NCBI GenBank assembly: GCA_964016885.1
Contig: OZ024741.1
Coordinates: 331,824,001 to 331,888,000 of the forward strand
From: Eledone cirrhosa
Lineage: Eukaryota
Length of the DNA stretch: 64,000 nucleotides
Direction: 5' to 3'
Shown: one piece after another, positions 38,162 through 51,860 of the stretch
How positions within the stretch are numbered: the first letter of the stretch is position 1
How the letters are laid out: every line of letters begins with the position of its first letter
The notes under the pieces: generated by a model
Seen by the model: only the letters and a program-made list of their open reading frames with translations
What the model was told of the DNA's origin: nothing
Database searches by the model: none
Program-made: the position numbers and the translations under genes

Positions 38162-38779
38162 TTAATGAAAACTTGTTCAGGTGACAGCCATAATTTCACT
38201 TATAACCAACCCAAAAAAGCCTTCGTGAGCCCCTTTTTTCAAGTAAAAAGAAATTCAAATACTCATATATGAAAAAACAACCTGTGACAACCCCCCTCCC
38301 CTCTTAGTTGAAGAACTATTGTAACGCGAACTGGCGCGAAATTTATTATAATTATTGACAAACCAATCAAATTACTTCTCGAAAAACCTGGTATTTCGAG
38401 CCACTTTTTCCATATAAAACAAGTAACATTCAGAGACCAACCAGATGTGAGAAAAACCACAGACCCTCCATCTCCACTCACCTTTTGAAAAGCAGAAGAA
38501 CTGCGAAACCGGTAAAGAAACCAAATAAATATATATATTTAAAAAAAAAAATAAGACTCCAGTTGCATTTTCGATTTCATCTCTTTTTCTTTATACTTTC
38601 ACTCGTGTAGGACACCTCGGTTATTTTTCAATTTGTAAAAAAAACCTCACTTTCTAATATATATATATATATATTTTTTTTTTAATCGATCGACTTTCGT
38701 CAAATCGGACCGAGGAAACAATGTTTCCATTGGCCTTTCCAATTGCTAATACTATCTATCGTTCGCAACTCCATGTAGA

Positions 38780-38899
38780 AGGAGCAACGTGAAATAAAGT
38801 GTCTTGCTCAAGGACATAACGCATCGCCTGGTCCAGGAATCGAACTCACAACCTTACGATTGCGAGTCCAATTCTCTAACCACTCAGCCACACGCCTCC
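38780..38899 (-). mobile_element. tRNA-derived SINE head (family B-related)
   Basis: GGAGGCGTGTGGCTGAGTGGTTAGAG...GAGTTCGATTCC...TCCTTGAGCAAGACACTT. Confidence 0.75.
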
Positions 38900-38901
38900 A
38901 C

Positions 38902-39175
<274 letters not shown>

Positions 39176-39188
39176 GTGGAGGCGTTTT

Positions 39189-40056
39189 TTAAAATAACAG
39201 ATTAAAGTTTAAGCAAAGAATCGCTGCCTTCACCCTTAACGGGATCTTCTGAAACTAAAAAAGTCAATCTGTGAACGCAGAAGTAAATATTTCAAAAAAC
39301 GTTGCAACCGGAGGAAGACAGGAAGACAATACTTTGGTTCGTGGAAACGTTCCCTGGCAAAGAACGGGGAAAAACGAAGATAATACGTCATTATTTGGAA
39401 CGGTGAAAAATAATTACACGCAAAGACAAAACCACGTTTATGGTATAAAAGAGGTCGTAGACTAATATTCTATTAGGTGGTTCATGGAGACGTTCTCTGG
39501 CAATGAAAGGAAAAAACGAAGATAATACGTCATTATGTGGTGCGGGAGAACAATTGCACGCAAGGCAAAACCACGTAAATGGTATAGCTGAAGTCGTAGA
39601 CTAAAATTCTAACTAGGAAACTGAATGATTCTCGGCTTCAGAGTTAAGAATAAAGTAAATAAAATACAGAGGTAATGAAATTAAATAAATACATACACAC
39701 ATCCACATAATGACGTATTATCTTCGTTTTTTCCGTTCATTGCCAGAGAACGTCTCCATGAACCACCTAATAGAATATTAGTCTACGACCTCTTTTATAC
39801 CATAAACGTGGTTTTGTCTTTGCGTGTAATTATTTTTCACCGCTCCAAATAATGACGTCTTATATTCGTTTTTTCACGTTCTTTGCCAGGGAACATTTCC
39901 ACGAACCAAAGTATCGTCTTCCTGTCTTCCTCCGGTTGCAATGTTTTTTGAAATATTTACTTCTGCGTTCACAGATTGACTTTTTTTTAGTTTCAGAAGA
40001 TCCCGTTAAGGGTGAAAGCAGCGATTCTTTGCTTAAACTTTAATCTGTTATTTTAA
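39189..40056. repeat. ~350-bp inverted repeat with ~160-bp spacer and internal ~130-bp tandem units
   Basis: 39189-39540 is the near-exact reverse complement of 39703-40056. Confidence 0.92.
39989..40039 (+). ncRNA. hammerhead-like motif, U4A variant
   Basis: AGTTT-CAGAAGA-TCCC(GTTAA)GGGT-GAAA-GCA..TGC-TT-AAACT. Confidence 0.45.
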
Positions 40057-40146
40057 TAAATATTTGCTCTACGGTTCTTATATATTTGATATATATTTAT
40101 CCTTATCGAGCCCTCTTTGGATTTTAGTCTTCAAATTTATTATTAT

Positions 40147-40228
<82 letters not shown>

Positions 40229-40834
40229 CAAGGGCGGTGCCCCAGCATGACCTAAGCCGGATGGCTGGAACAGGTAAAAGAGTAAAAGAGTATATATACA
40301 CGTGTGTGGATTATTGCATCACTCTATATTGGAATTAAAGTAGATTGCCACTGATGTGGGTGGATGGGTGGGTGGGTGGGGGGGGGGGGGGGGTCATATT
40401 ATGATAAATGAATCATGTGAGAAAGTAAGAGTATAAAATTATATAATCATACACAACATTCCCAGGGAATACATTACTAGTTGTGTAATTAAATATTTGT
40501 AATTCCTAGCTCTGCTAGCATATGTGGTTGCTCTGTTTAAATGTTCCATAGGGAGACTTTCAATTCTTCTATCTAAATATTTCCAAATGTATTATGACAA
40601 AGATATCAAATTATTTCTGCTTCTGCTTGTTGTTTATAACATTTCATAAGTGGTAGCTATAAGTAACTGTATCTGCCTGTAGAGGAGATTGAACACCATT
40701 GCCACAATTTAACCCATAGATTGGGTGGATGGCTATTAACTCCGAGGAGTTCATTGCACTTTTAACAGCTTTTGTCATTTATGCTGCTGGTGTTCCACAT
40801 ACCTTCCTGATCTGACTAGAGTCTGGTAGGGGAG

Positions 40835-41032
40835 TCAGTTTAGTTGATGTCCATTTGACCATGAAGAAGGTTGAACTGGGTTCCATGGTACCAGTAGAAG
40901 GTAGATGTCTGACCTGCCCAGTCAAAGGTCTGGTGGAGGGTGGGGGGCTAATTTAGTTGATGTCCATTCAACCATGAAGAAGGTTGAACTGGGTTCCATG
41001 GTACCAGTAGCAGGTAGAAGCCTGACCTGACC
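40835..41032. repeat. tandem duplication of ~115 bp
   Basis: TTTAGTTGATGTCCATT..ACCATGAAGAAGGTTGAACTGGGTTCCATGGTACCAGTAG occurs twice. Confidence 0.85.
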
Positions 41033-41109
41033 ACCATTATTTCAGTATTTTCCTCTAATTTTATTGTGAGCACCCATGTCTCACAGTCCTTTAAAAAGAT
41101 AGAGGGTAC

Positions 41110-42125
41110 TTAGTGAGGCAACAAGAGAAGTTTCTAGCCCAAAATAAAACACTATATTTTTATTTTGTTGATCTAGAGGAAGCCATTGACAGAGTACCTT
41201 GATCTATTATCTGGTGGTCCTTAAGGAAATTAGGTGTACAAGAATGGTTTGTGAGAGCAGTGAAAGCTATGTACAGAGGAGCTGTCAGTAAAGTGAAAGT
41301 AGGAAATGAGTTTAGCAAGAAATTCAAAGTTCAGTTCTTAGCCCACAGCTGTTCATCATAGTTATTCAGGCCATAACAGAGGAGTTTAAAATGGGATGCC
41401 CATGGGAACTTCTCTATGCAGATGTTTTTGTCTTATAGCTGGAACCAAAAAAGAATTGATCATGGAAACTAAATTTGGAATCAAAAGGTCAGAGAGTAAA
41501 ATTAGCCAAAACTAAAGAGCTAGTGAGGACCTAGATTCTTGCCAGGAAATGGCCATGCTCAATATGTAGAAAAGGAGTAGGCATAAACTCCATACAATGT
41601 ACTCAATGTAAATCTTGGATAAACAAAAGATGTAGTGGAATAATGAGTAGACTAAAAGGAAGGGAGAACTTTGCATGAAGAAGATGCACAGGAGAAATCG
41701 AGAGGAAGAGTGCCAATGATATAAACCTTTTCTAATCACAGGAAAGACCCATAGATGTGGTTGATAGCTTCTACTATCTAGGTGACTTAATTAGCAGCAG
41801 AATAGGGTGTGCCGAGAGTGTAATAGCTAGAATAAGGATAAGATGGAAGACATTTAGTGAACTGGTATGGACATGTGGATGTACATTGGATGGACAATGA
41901 CCAATGAGAGAAGGAATGCCAGGAAATCCCAGTGGAAGGAAATTGCAGTAGAGGACAACCAAGAAAGCCCTAGGCAGAGTTCATGAGAGCTGACCTGAAA
42001 TTGCTAAGACTGGCAGAGGAGATGACAAAGGAGTACAGCCAGTGGGGTGATGCCATGCTGAGAAGGACCCGTCCAACCAATGCAAGCATGGAAAAGCAGG
42101 CGTAAAAACGATGATGATGATGATC
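41110..42125 (+). mobile_element. degenerate RTE-clade LINE (RT to 3' tail)
   Basis: FVDLEEAIDRV, WSLRKLGVQEWFVRAVKAMY, PWELLYAD, FYYLGD, WYGHV remnants, and a (GAT)n tail. Confidence 0.85.
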
Positions 42126-42617
42126 ATCATGAGGATGATGATGTGACTTTCTCCTTATCTAATTTAATGTGTTGGTGTTTAAGACATCAAGCTGGAAATA
42201 CTGAAGCAAAGCTTGTAGAGTATTTAACTAGTGATTATTGAAATCAGAGTAATATGAAGAAGTAAGAAGTAAAAGATAAGGTAGAGTAGAAAACATACGT
42301 ATATATATAGAAAGAGAGGAGAATGTGGTGTTCCTCCTAATCTAATTTAATGTGCTGGTGTTTGTTGAGACATCTAAATGGGAATACTGACTATTTGACT
42401 AGGAGTGTCATTGAAATCAGTTAAAACCATAATAAAATGAAGAAGACTTGATAAAGTAAAGTAGAAAACATAAACATATACACGAGTCTTTCTCTTTATC
42501 TATGCTTCACACAAAATGAATCTGTTCATTTAGAATATGGAGATAATGTGATTTCCTAAACACAATTGGATTCAAATTTGAGTGGAATATTATATATATA
42601 TATATATGTATATATAT

Positions 42618-42673
<56 letters not shown>

Positions 42674-43279
42674 TTTAGTGTATGTTAATATGGAACTTTA
42701 AGTCTGAAACCTAACATAATGAGAGATTTATGCTATGTGAAATAAAGAAATTAGAATTCAATTATTGAGGGATTATATAAAATGTTTAATGAAGGTATTT
42801 TTCCTTTAGATCTCATAAATTCTTAACATGAAAGTGTTATAACATTACAATATTATTATCAAATTGCATTTTAATTTGCGTTTGTAGTATTTTAGAAATT
42901 TCACTTCATAATTCGAAATACCTAATACATTCTTTTATATTTTTCTTAATGCCAAATGATGAACAATGGTGCATAATGAAGGCTGTGCTAAATCTAAACT
43001 AAGCTTTTGTGATCTGAGAAAAATATTAGTGTAGAATTACATTATTCAAGTCTAGTTCACAGATTCTATTATGTTATCTGAAATTCTAATGCATATTTTA
43101 TGATTCCAAATATATGGTTGCTTTGCTATCTATTTAAGTGAACATCTAAGTGATATTACATATGTATGAATTGAATACTTACATATGTGTACATGCATAC
43201 ATGCATACATGTATGCACACACAAATGAACACATTTAAATAAGCAGATACACATACATTAATTTACATATATATATATG

Positions 43280-43324
<45 letters not shown>

Positions 43325-43329
<5 letters not shown>

Positions 43330-43440
43330 AAAAAGTATGACCCCGACGGCAGAGCTCAAGCCGTTTCGACAGCTATTTCTGGACAGAAATAACCGTCGAA
43401 ACGGCTTGAGCTCTGTTGTCGGGGTCATACTTTTTCCTAT
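43325..43440. repeat. 116-bp palindrome made of two hammerhead 3' halves
   Basis: Arms read CGAAACGGC-TTGAGCTCT-GYYGTC-GGGGTC (GAAA, stem III, GUC). Downstream 43441-43520 matches 2337-2420 in reverse. Confidence 0.8.
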
Positions 43441-43789
43441 TTCCCACTCTACTACCCTAAGTATTGAGTACTCTGGTGCGTTATGGTCCATCTGGTACCT
43501 TTCCACAATTCCTTTGTTATATATATATATATATATATATATGTATACATATGTATATATATATACATATATATGTATGCATATGATCATATATATATTA
43601 TATATATATATATGAGCATATGCATACATATATTTAAATATATATGTATGTATATATGTATGCATGTATGTGTATATATATTATATACATAAACAATTCA
43701 TAGCGATGGCATTAGGCAAATATATATGCTCTTTTACCTGTTCCAGCCATCCAGCTGAGGCCATGCTGGGGCACCACCTTTGATGCCTC

Positions 43790-45095
43790 ACTTTCTATAT
43801 CCTGCCTGCTTTGGCTGGCCATTGATGTAGAAGGGAGTTCGTTGCTGCTGCCCTTAGGTTACCTTCATTGTGTGCTGTGGGTTCATCTCAGACCCTGGAT
43901 AGCAGAGAGTCAAGTTGTTTTTTTGAAAACATCCATGTCCACATCATGTAGATCTCTCAAGTTTCTTGGCAGCATATTAAAGAGTTGGGGGCCTTTAAAC
44001 CCCAGGCTATTGCAATATCTGCTCCTCACTCTAGATGTGAAAGACAGGACTTTTGGCACTACACAGTGACGTCCTGTTTGAGGGTTGGTCCAGCTCTCAA
44101 TGCCAAAGTTTGGTTCTAGTCCTTTCAGGATCTTCCATGTGTATATCACTGCATACTTCTCCCACTTTCTTTCAAGGAGTAGAGTTTTAGTTCTTTTAGC
44201 CTCTCCCAGTAGCTCATCTCCTTCATTGTGGCAATCCTCTTGGTGTAGCTTCATTGGATTGCTTCAAGCTCCATAGTTAGTTTGACACTATGGGGTGACC
44301 ACAGCTGGGAGCAATAGCCCAGTCAGCTTAGGACAAATATTCTCCACAGTACCAGCATGGTTTCTCAGTCTTTTGTCTTGAAAGTCCTCAAGATCCAGCC
44401 AGTGAGTTGTCTACACATTGTCACCATTTTCATGATGTGTGAATAAAACGATGCATCATTGCTCATGTCTATGCCTAAGTCTCGTATCGATTTCAACATG
44501 GGGATTTTGATCCCTCCTGGTCTAGTGTTGTATTGTCCTTGTGTTTGCAGGTTGATATGATCGGACTTGAAATTTTCCAGCATTAAATTGCATGTTGTTG
44601 TCCTCAGCCCATTTGTATATGGCATCCAGATCTTGTTATAGAGTAGTATCAGCCAGGTTCTTGATTATCTGTGCTACTTTTGTGTCATCAGCATAGCTAA
44701 CAAGGGATGGTGGTTGTACTACAGAGGGCAGTCTGAAAGAGCCACCAAAAACAGTAGTGGTCCCAAGACAGTGCCCTGGGGCACCCCACTTGTTATTGAT
44801 GCTTCTTTTGAGAGGGCCTTATTGTCTGCAACAATCTGGCTTCTGTCTTTTAAGAAGTCATGCAGCCACTCACCTAATTTTCCAATTATGACAAATCTGT
44901 GTAGTTTGTGACATATCATTCCATAGTCGACCTTGTTGAAGGCCTTTGCAAAGTCAAGATACATCACATCCACAGAGCTGACCAGCAGTTGTTTCAATAT
45001 TCAGTCGTAGTGTGGTAAAAGCTGTGTATGGCAGCTTCTTCCCAGGTGAAAGCCATGCTAAGTGTCAGCCAGGAGGTCATTTTTTTTGAGGAACC
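43790..45095 (-). mobile_element. degenerate CR1/L2-group LINE RT fragment
   Basis: MYLDFAKAF, GVPQGTVLGPLLFL, YADD, IRDLGI, WILRTFKT. Multiple frameshifts. Same group as 2922-6545. Confidence 0.88.
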
Positions 45096-45540
45096 ACTTT
45101 ACAGAGTACACATATATATATATAATTTTTTTTTCTTTCTTGATAGAGCAAACAACCAAGATACATAAATTATACCTATAAAATAGCAACTAATCATGAT
45201 TATCCTTTTGGAAAGGGAATATCCCCTATAACTTTGCATCTAAGCAATTCAGTGGTCCTAGATTAGATTTTGAAAAAAATGTGTATAAAAGTAAAAATAA
45301 AAATATACAAACCACCTAAAATAAAATTTTAATCTTATATTTTTTTAACATTCTCTTTTTCAAAACTTCTGCACTAATTTATATAATTACTCCAAATGAA
45401 TTATTTTTCTAATCAGAAAATTTTTCCTGTGTCTATTTCAGTGCTTGGGGGTGTATAACATTCTTATTTTTGCTGCTCGGTGTTAATATGACACAAATTA
45501 AAAATAAATAAATAGTACACAGCAGATGTAAGATAATAAT

Positions 45541-45750
45541 AGTTTCTTATAAAGGCACAAGGCCAGCAATTCTGGGAGGAGGGGAAAGTCGATTAAATCG
45601 ACCACAGTGTGTGATTAGTATTTTATCGACCCCGTAAGGATGAAAGGCAAAGTTAACCTCCTCAGAATTTGAACTCAGATCATAAAGGGCCGTAACACTA
45701 TGCTGCAAAGCATGGTGTCCGACTCTCTACCGATACTGCCAATCCACCAC
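45541..45750 (-). mobile_element. SINE family A variant
   Basis: Match to family A, with imperfect TSD TGTAAGAT(A/C)ATAAT. Confidence 0.8.
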
Positions 45751-46127
45751 CCTTGTAAGATCATAATGATGATAATCGTATCTGTATGCGTGTATGTGTG
45801 CATGTGTGTATGTGTATGTGTGCATATGTGTATATGTGGCAAGTATCAGTAGTTTCTATCAAGCAAATTCGACATGTAAGGCATTGGTCAATGTGAGGCA
45901 ATAATACAAAACACTTGCCCAAGGTCCTGTGTAGTTTGATTGAGCTGGGAACCATGTGAATGCAAAGTGAATTTCTGAGCCATACATTTTGTGTATAAAT
46001 GTATATATATGCGTGTGTGTGTGTGTGCATGTATGTATATATCTAAAGAGATATGTATTTATATGTATATATATACACGCACATGCACACATTTATACAC
46101 ATACACATATATATATACACACACGCA

Positions 46128-46169
<42 letters not shown>

Positions 46170-46172
46170 CAA

Positions 46173-46205
<33 letters not shown>

Positions 46206-46370
46206 CAAACACACACATACACACACACATACACACACACATACACACACACAAACACATATATATATATACACATATATATATACACAAACACACACAC
46301 ACAGACACATATATATATATATACACACACATATATATACAAACACGCACACACACACATATATATACAA

Positions 46371-46401
<31 letters not shown>

Positions 46402-46704
46402 CAAACACACACATACACACACACATACACACACAAACACATATATATATACACACTTCGATCAATGAATTATCTAGAAGCCAGTAACATATGTTTGAAG
46501 TGATCTTTTACAGATGTTATTATTCTGTAATTTCCAATCTTACTTCAATTGAAATGATTAATTCTATTCTTCACAAAGCTTTGCTTAGTTACTGTTCTTA
46601 CTGACTCTCTAAATATTGAAATTAACATAATCTAACTTACCTCTACACTTCGATATATATATATATATATATATTTGTATATATATACATATATATATAT
46701 ATAT

Positions 46705-47038
46705 AATCATCATCATTTCATTTTACATCCGCTTTTTCCCTGCTTGCAAGGGTGGGACGGGAACTGATTCTGGCTTGGTTTCTACAGCTGGATGCCCTTC
46801 CTAACACCAACCTCATTTACAGTGAGTGCTGGGTGCTTTTTTTGCACCTCCACGACCACTTTGCAGTGGAATGATAGGGACCCCAGTCCCTATCATCTCA
46901 TTTCTACAGCTGAGTAAACTGGAGTATTGTGAAATAAAGTATCTTGCTCAAGGAAACAACACATCACCCGGTCTGAGAATTGAACTCATAACCTTTCGAT
47001 TGCAAGGCCAATGCTTTAACCACTAAGCCATGTGCCTC
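46705..47038 (-). mobile_element. tRNA-derived SINE family B
   Basis: Reverse complement of 12306-12636. Confidence 0.88.
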
Positions 47039-47112
<74 letters not shown>

Positions 47113-47185
47113 GAGAGGGGGGGGGGGTAAATAATCTACTGTGGTAGAAGAGAGATAGATATAGTTAGATATAGATATCTATCCA

Positions 47186-47280
<95 letters not shown>

Positions 47281-47741
47281 TCATCATCTTACGTCCGCTT
47301 TTCCCTGCTAGCAAGGATATATATATATATATATATATATATGAGGGTTGGCTGAAAAGTTCATAAGCTGACCAAGATACTCTTGTGGAATGACCAAATG
47401 AGGTTTAGTTTTCAACATAGTCCCTGGAAAGAAACAATGCATTTATAAATAAGAAGAGTTGAAATTAATGCATACAACATTACACAGCTCTAACATCACT
47501 CCTTCATAGTCAGCCTATGTATGTATATATATATATATATAAATAATATAAATGGCAGAATGGGTGTACTTATTTTAGGCTAATAGTATGGAATTGTATA
47601 ACTGTTATTCATTAGTCAAAACATTAATAATTTGTTTGCCCTTTGAAATGATTGTAAAACAATGGATTAATTAAGTAACCTTGTCTTAATTGTTTCATTT
47701 TTCAACATTACATATATATGTGTATCTAATATATAATATAA

Positions 47742-47920
47742 ATGTTTCTACTTTTGGCACAAGGCCAGCAATTATTCCAGTGTATTACTGGTACTTTATT
47801 TGATCGACCCCGTAAGGATAAAGGCAAAGTTAACTTCGGTGGGATTTGAACTCAGACCATAAAGGGCCGTAACTCCATGCCGCAAAGCATGGCGTCCAAC
47901 CCTCTACTGATACTGCCAAT
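47742..47920 (-). mobile_element. SINE family A
   Basis: Match to family A. Confidence 0.82.
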
Positions 47921-47966
47921 TCACGAATAACATATCTGCATAATACACATACACATATATATATAC

Positions 47967-48008
<42 letters not shown>

Positions 48009-48027
48009 GTATGTGTGTATGTATATG

Positions 48028-48100
<73 letters not shown>

Positions 48101-48109
48101 ATGTATATG

Positions 48110-48155
<46 letters not shown>

Positions 48156-48341
48156 ATTAAAGGTTAAACAAGGTTCAATGAATAAATCAAAGAATAACGT
48201 TTTACAATAGATTAGAAGCACTCTTTCACGTTTTCATGTCTCAATCTTAAGGTATATAAATATTGAGTTTTGTCATATCTTATTCACTGCCATGACTGAA
48301 TTTTAACCATCTACTTAGTCAGGGTATGTCATGCATCATCT

Positions 48342-48408
48342 TATTTTATCTGATGAGGCCGTACTGTTGAAGATAGCTCAGTACCTCTGAAATATGTATA
48401 ATAAAATA
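48342..48408 (+). ncRNA. minimal type-I hammerhead ribozyme
   Basis: TATTTTAT-CTGATGA-GGccGTACTG..CAGTACctCT-GAAA-TATGTA-TA-ATAAAATA. Same family as 22827. Confidence 0.8.
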
Positions 48409-48449
48409 TACTTGATCACACGAATGTCTATTTTTGTTAATATTTTGAA

Positions 48450-48510
<61 letters not shown>

Positions 48511-48644
48511 AGTGAGACAAAGAGAGATTATAAATGATATATCTCACAGAAAAAATGCTACACTTAATATTGGTAAATTACATTGTCATTGTTGAAACTG
48601 TGACATGCTCTTAGTTATTACTTATCATTAATAGAAGTAGTATT

Positions 48645-50025
48645 ATTGTTATTATCACCATCATCAATACCACCACTACAACTACCCCTACCACCACCAT
48701 CTCCACTGTCATCAGTAATACCTCCATCATCACCACCACCAACATTACTACTACTACTACCATCATCAATACCACCACTACCACCACTGTCACCACCAAC
48801 ACCGCTATTATCATCATCATCACCATCATCACCACCACCAACATTACTACTACTACTACCATCATCAATACCACCACTACCACCACTGTCACCACCAACA
48901 CCGCTATTATCATCATCATCACCATTACCACCACCACCAACATTACAAATTCTACCATCATCAATGCCACCATCACCACTACCATCACTGCCTCCACTAC
49001 TGCCACCACCACCACTGCCACCGCTACCACCACCACCAACATTACTACACTACCATCAGCAATGTAACCACCACCACCACCACCATTGCCACCACTACCA
49101 CCACCATTGCCACCACTACCACCACCATTGCCACCACTATCACCACCACCACCATTGCCACCACTACAACTACCAGCACTACCACCACAACCACCACCAC
49201 CACCACCATTGCCACCACTACCACCATCATTGCCACCACTATCACTACCACCACCATTGCCACCACTACCACTACCACCACAACCAGCACTACCACCACA
49301 ACCACCACCACCACCACCATTGCCACCACTACAACTACCAGCACTACCACCACAACCACCACCACCACCACCATTGCCACCACTACAACTACCATTGCCA
49401 CCACTACCACTACCACCACAACCAGCACTACCACCACAACCACCACCACCACCACCATTGCCACCACTACAACTACCAGCACTACCACCACAACCACCAC
49501 CACCACCACCATTGCCACCACTACCACCACCATTGCCACCACTACCACTACCACCACAACCAGCACTACCACCACAACCACCACCGCCACCACCATTGCC
49601 ACCACTATCACCACCACCACCATTGCCACCACTACCACTACCACCACAACCAGCACTACCACCACAACCACAACCACCACCACCACCATTGCCACCACTA
49701 CAACTACCAGCACTACCACCACAACCACCACCACCATTGCCACCACTACAACTACCACCACAACCACCACCACCACCACCATTGCCACCACTACAACTAC
49801 CACCACAACCACCACCACCATCACCACCATTACCACCACTACAACTACCAGCACTACCACCACAACCACCACCACCATTGCCACCACTACAACTACCAGC
49901 ACTACCACCACCACCACCACCACCATTGCCACCACTACAACTACCATTGCCACCACCACAACCACCAATGCCATGACCACCACTTCCACCACCACCACCA
50001 GAACCATAACTACCACCATTACCAT
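48645..50025. repeat. compound (CCA)n-derived minisatellite
   Basis: Patterned CCA/CTA/TTG/CAA triplets. Open in several frames only because of low complexity. Confidence 0.9.
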
Positions 50026-51182
50026 CCCTATCCCCAACAAATTCTGCCAAGATTTACTTTGCCTCTTATCCTTAAGGGGTCGATAAAATAAAGTACCAGT
50101 AATACACTGGGGTAATTGCTGGCCTTGTACCAAAAGTAGAAACAATTATTATTATAATTATTAATTTTTGTATGTAGCAGGGAGAGGGGAAGAGGAAGGA
50201 GGAGGAGGAGGTGGAGGAGGAGGATGTAAAATAAAGATTCTTCTTTATTGTCCTCGTCACAACTAACATTTATAGGTAGGTAGGAGAGAGGGGATAAGGG
50301 GAGAGAAGGAGAGAGAGGAGGGAGGGGGAGAGAGAGGGGAAAAAGAGGAGGGAGAGAGGAGGGAAGGAGAGAGAGGAGGGAGGGAGAGAGAGGTGAGAGA
50401 GAGAGAAAGAGGGAGGGAGAGTTTCTTCTTCATCGCTTTCATCACCCTCTCATCGTCCTCATCACAACTAACAACATTATAGGTAAGTAGAGAGGAGGGA
50501 GGGCGGGGATAAGGGGGAGAGGGTGGAGAGTTTCATCATCATTATCCTCATCATTGTCTCGTCACCCTCATTACAACTAACACCATTTATAGATAGAAGG
50601 AGATAGAAGGAAGTAGGGGAGAGTGCAGCGAGAGAGAGTTTCGCTTTCATCGACAATATTTTCAGAGCTAACTCATCATCCTCTCGTTGTCCTCGTCACA
50701 ACTAACAACATTGTAGGTTGAGGGAGAGGGTGGTGATGGAATTTCTCTTTCATCGACAATATTTTCGGAGCTAATTTAATTTGTTGGTATAGCTTTCTGA
50801 GTGGTTTATGGCCTTACATCTAACATAAGATTTATATTTTATAGCAGATTTATCACACAAAATAAGATTTATCATTTTTCTCACTTTTCAAAGATTTTCT
50901 TTCGAAGAATTTACACTTAATTTACAATATTCTTTCACTGATTATTTCCCTACACACACACTATCTATATATCATTATATCTGTGTGTGTGTATGTGTTA
51001 TTATTCTCTCTCTCTCTATATATATATATGAGATTATGTCTATGAGATAATTATATATATATATATAGCATCATCATCATCATCATTTTACGTTTGCTTT
51101 TCCCTGTGTGTATATATATATATATACACATACATACATACACACACTCACTTATTGTAATATGTATACATTATAATTATAC

Positions 51183-51221
<39 letters not shown>

Positions 51222-51439
51222 ACACACACAAAATACAAGTAAATATCCATACTTTATTATAATTATGGTGTGTGGGCGTCTGTGTGTGTGTGTCTGTAGT
51301 CTAACATTTTATTTGTTAGAAAGGAACGAAATGAAGTTTTTATTTTAGCTAACTATATAATTCGCAAACTAATAGAATTTTTCATATATTAATATATACT
51401 ACCATTTGGGCAAAATAAGTAGTAGTAATAGTAGTAGTC

Positions 51440-51860
51440 TGTTCTTCTTCACCCACTTATTTCTGGGAGAGTTGTGGCAGAGTTATCAAGCACACTTTCC
51501 AATAGGTCTTGTCAGAAGCAACTGTCTCCAATTGATCGGGCTGGATTCTCAATTGAGACCACCTAAGCTCATAGATGTTATCCAACCATCTTGCTTGGGG
51601 TCTACCCCTTAGGTCTCCTGATGGTTGGTTTTGCCTGTAAAATCTGTCCAGCAATTCTTTCCTGAGACATTCTAACAACATGTCTGTAATATTGGAGCTG
51701 TGATCTCTCAATTTGAAGTAGTGGTTCTACCTGTAGTGAGTCTCTGATTTCCGAGCTATGCACTCTATCAAGTAATGTTACTTTTGAGGAATCCCATTTC
51801 AGCCATATATATTCGCAATCATATTCTTTCAGTCATTACCCAAGATTTATGGCCATAAGT
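51440..51860 (-). mobile_element. RTE-clade LINE 3' fragment
   Basis: Reverse-complement similarity to 14580-14890, with a short (GAA)n tail. Confidence 0.7.

Noticed and set aside
48611-50145. Gly/Cys-rich, Pro-rich and His-rich ORFs resembling structural proteins
   Set aside because: Four frames are open over a (CCA)n-derived repeat, the ORF starts fall in a SINE fragment or low-complexity flank, and no splice or domain evidence is visible.
50440-51400. Possible Helitron-like non-autonomous element
   Set aside because: No clear 3' hairpin plus CTRR terminus was identified.
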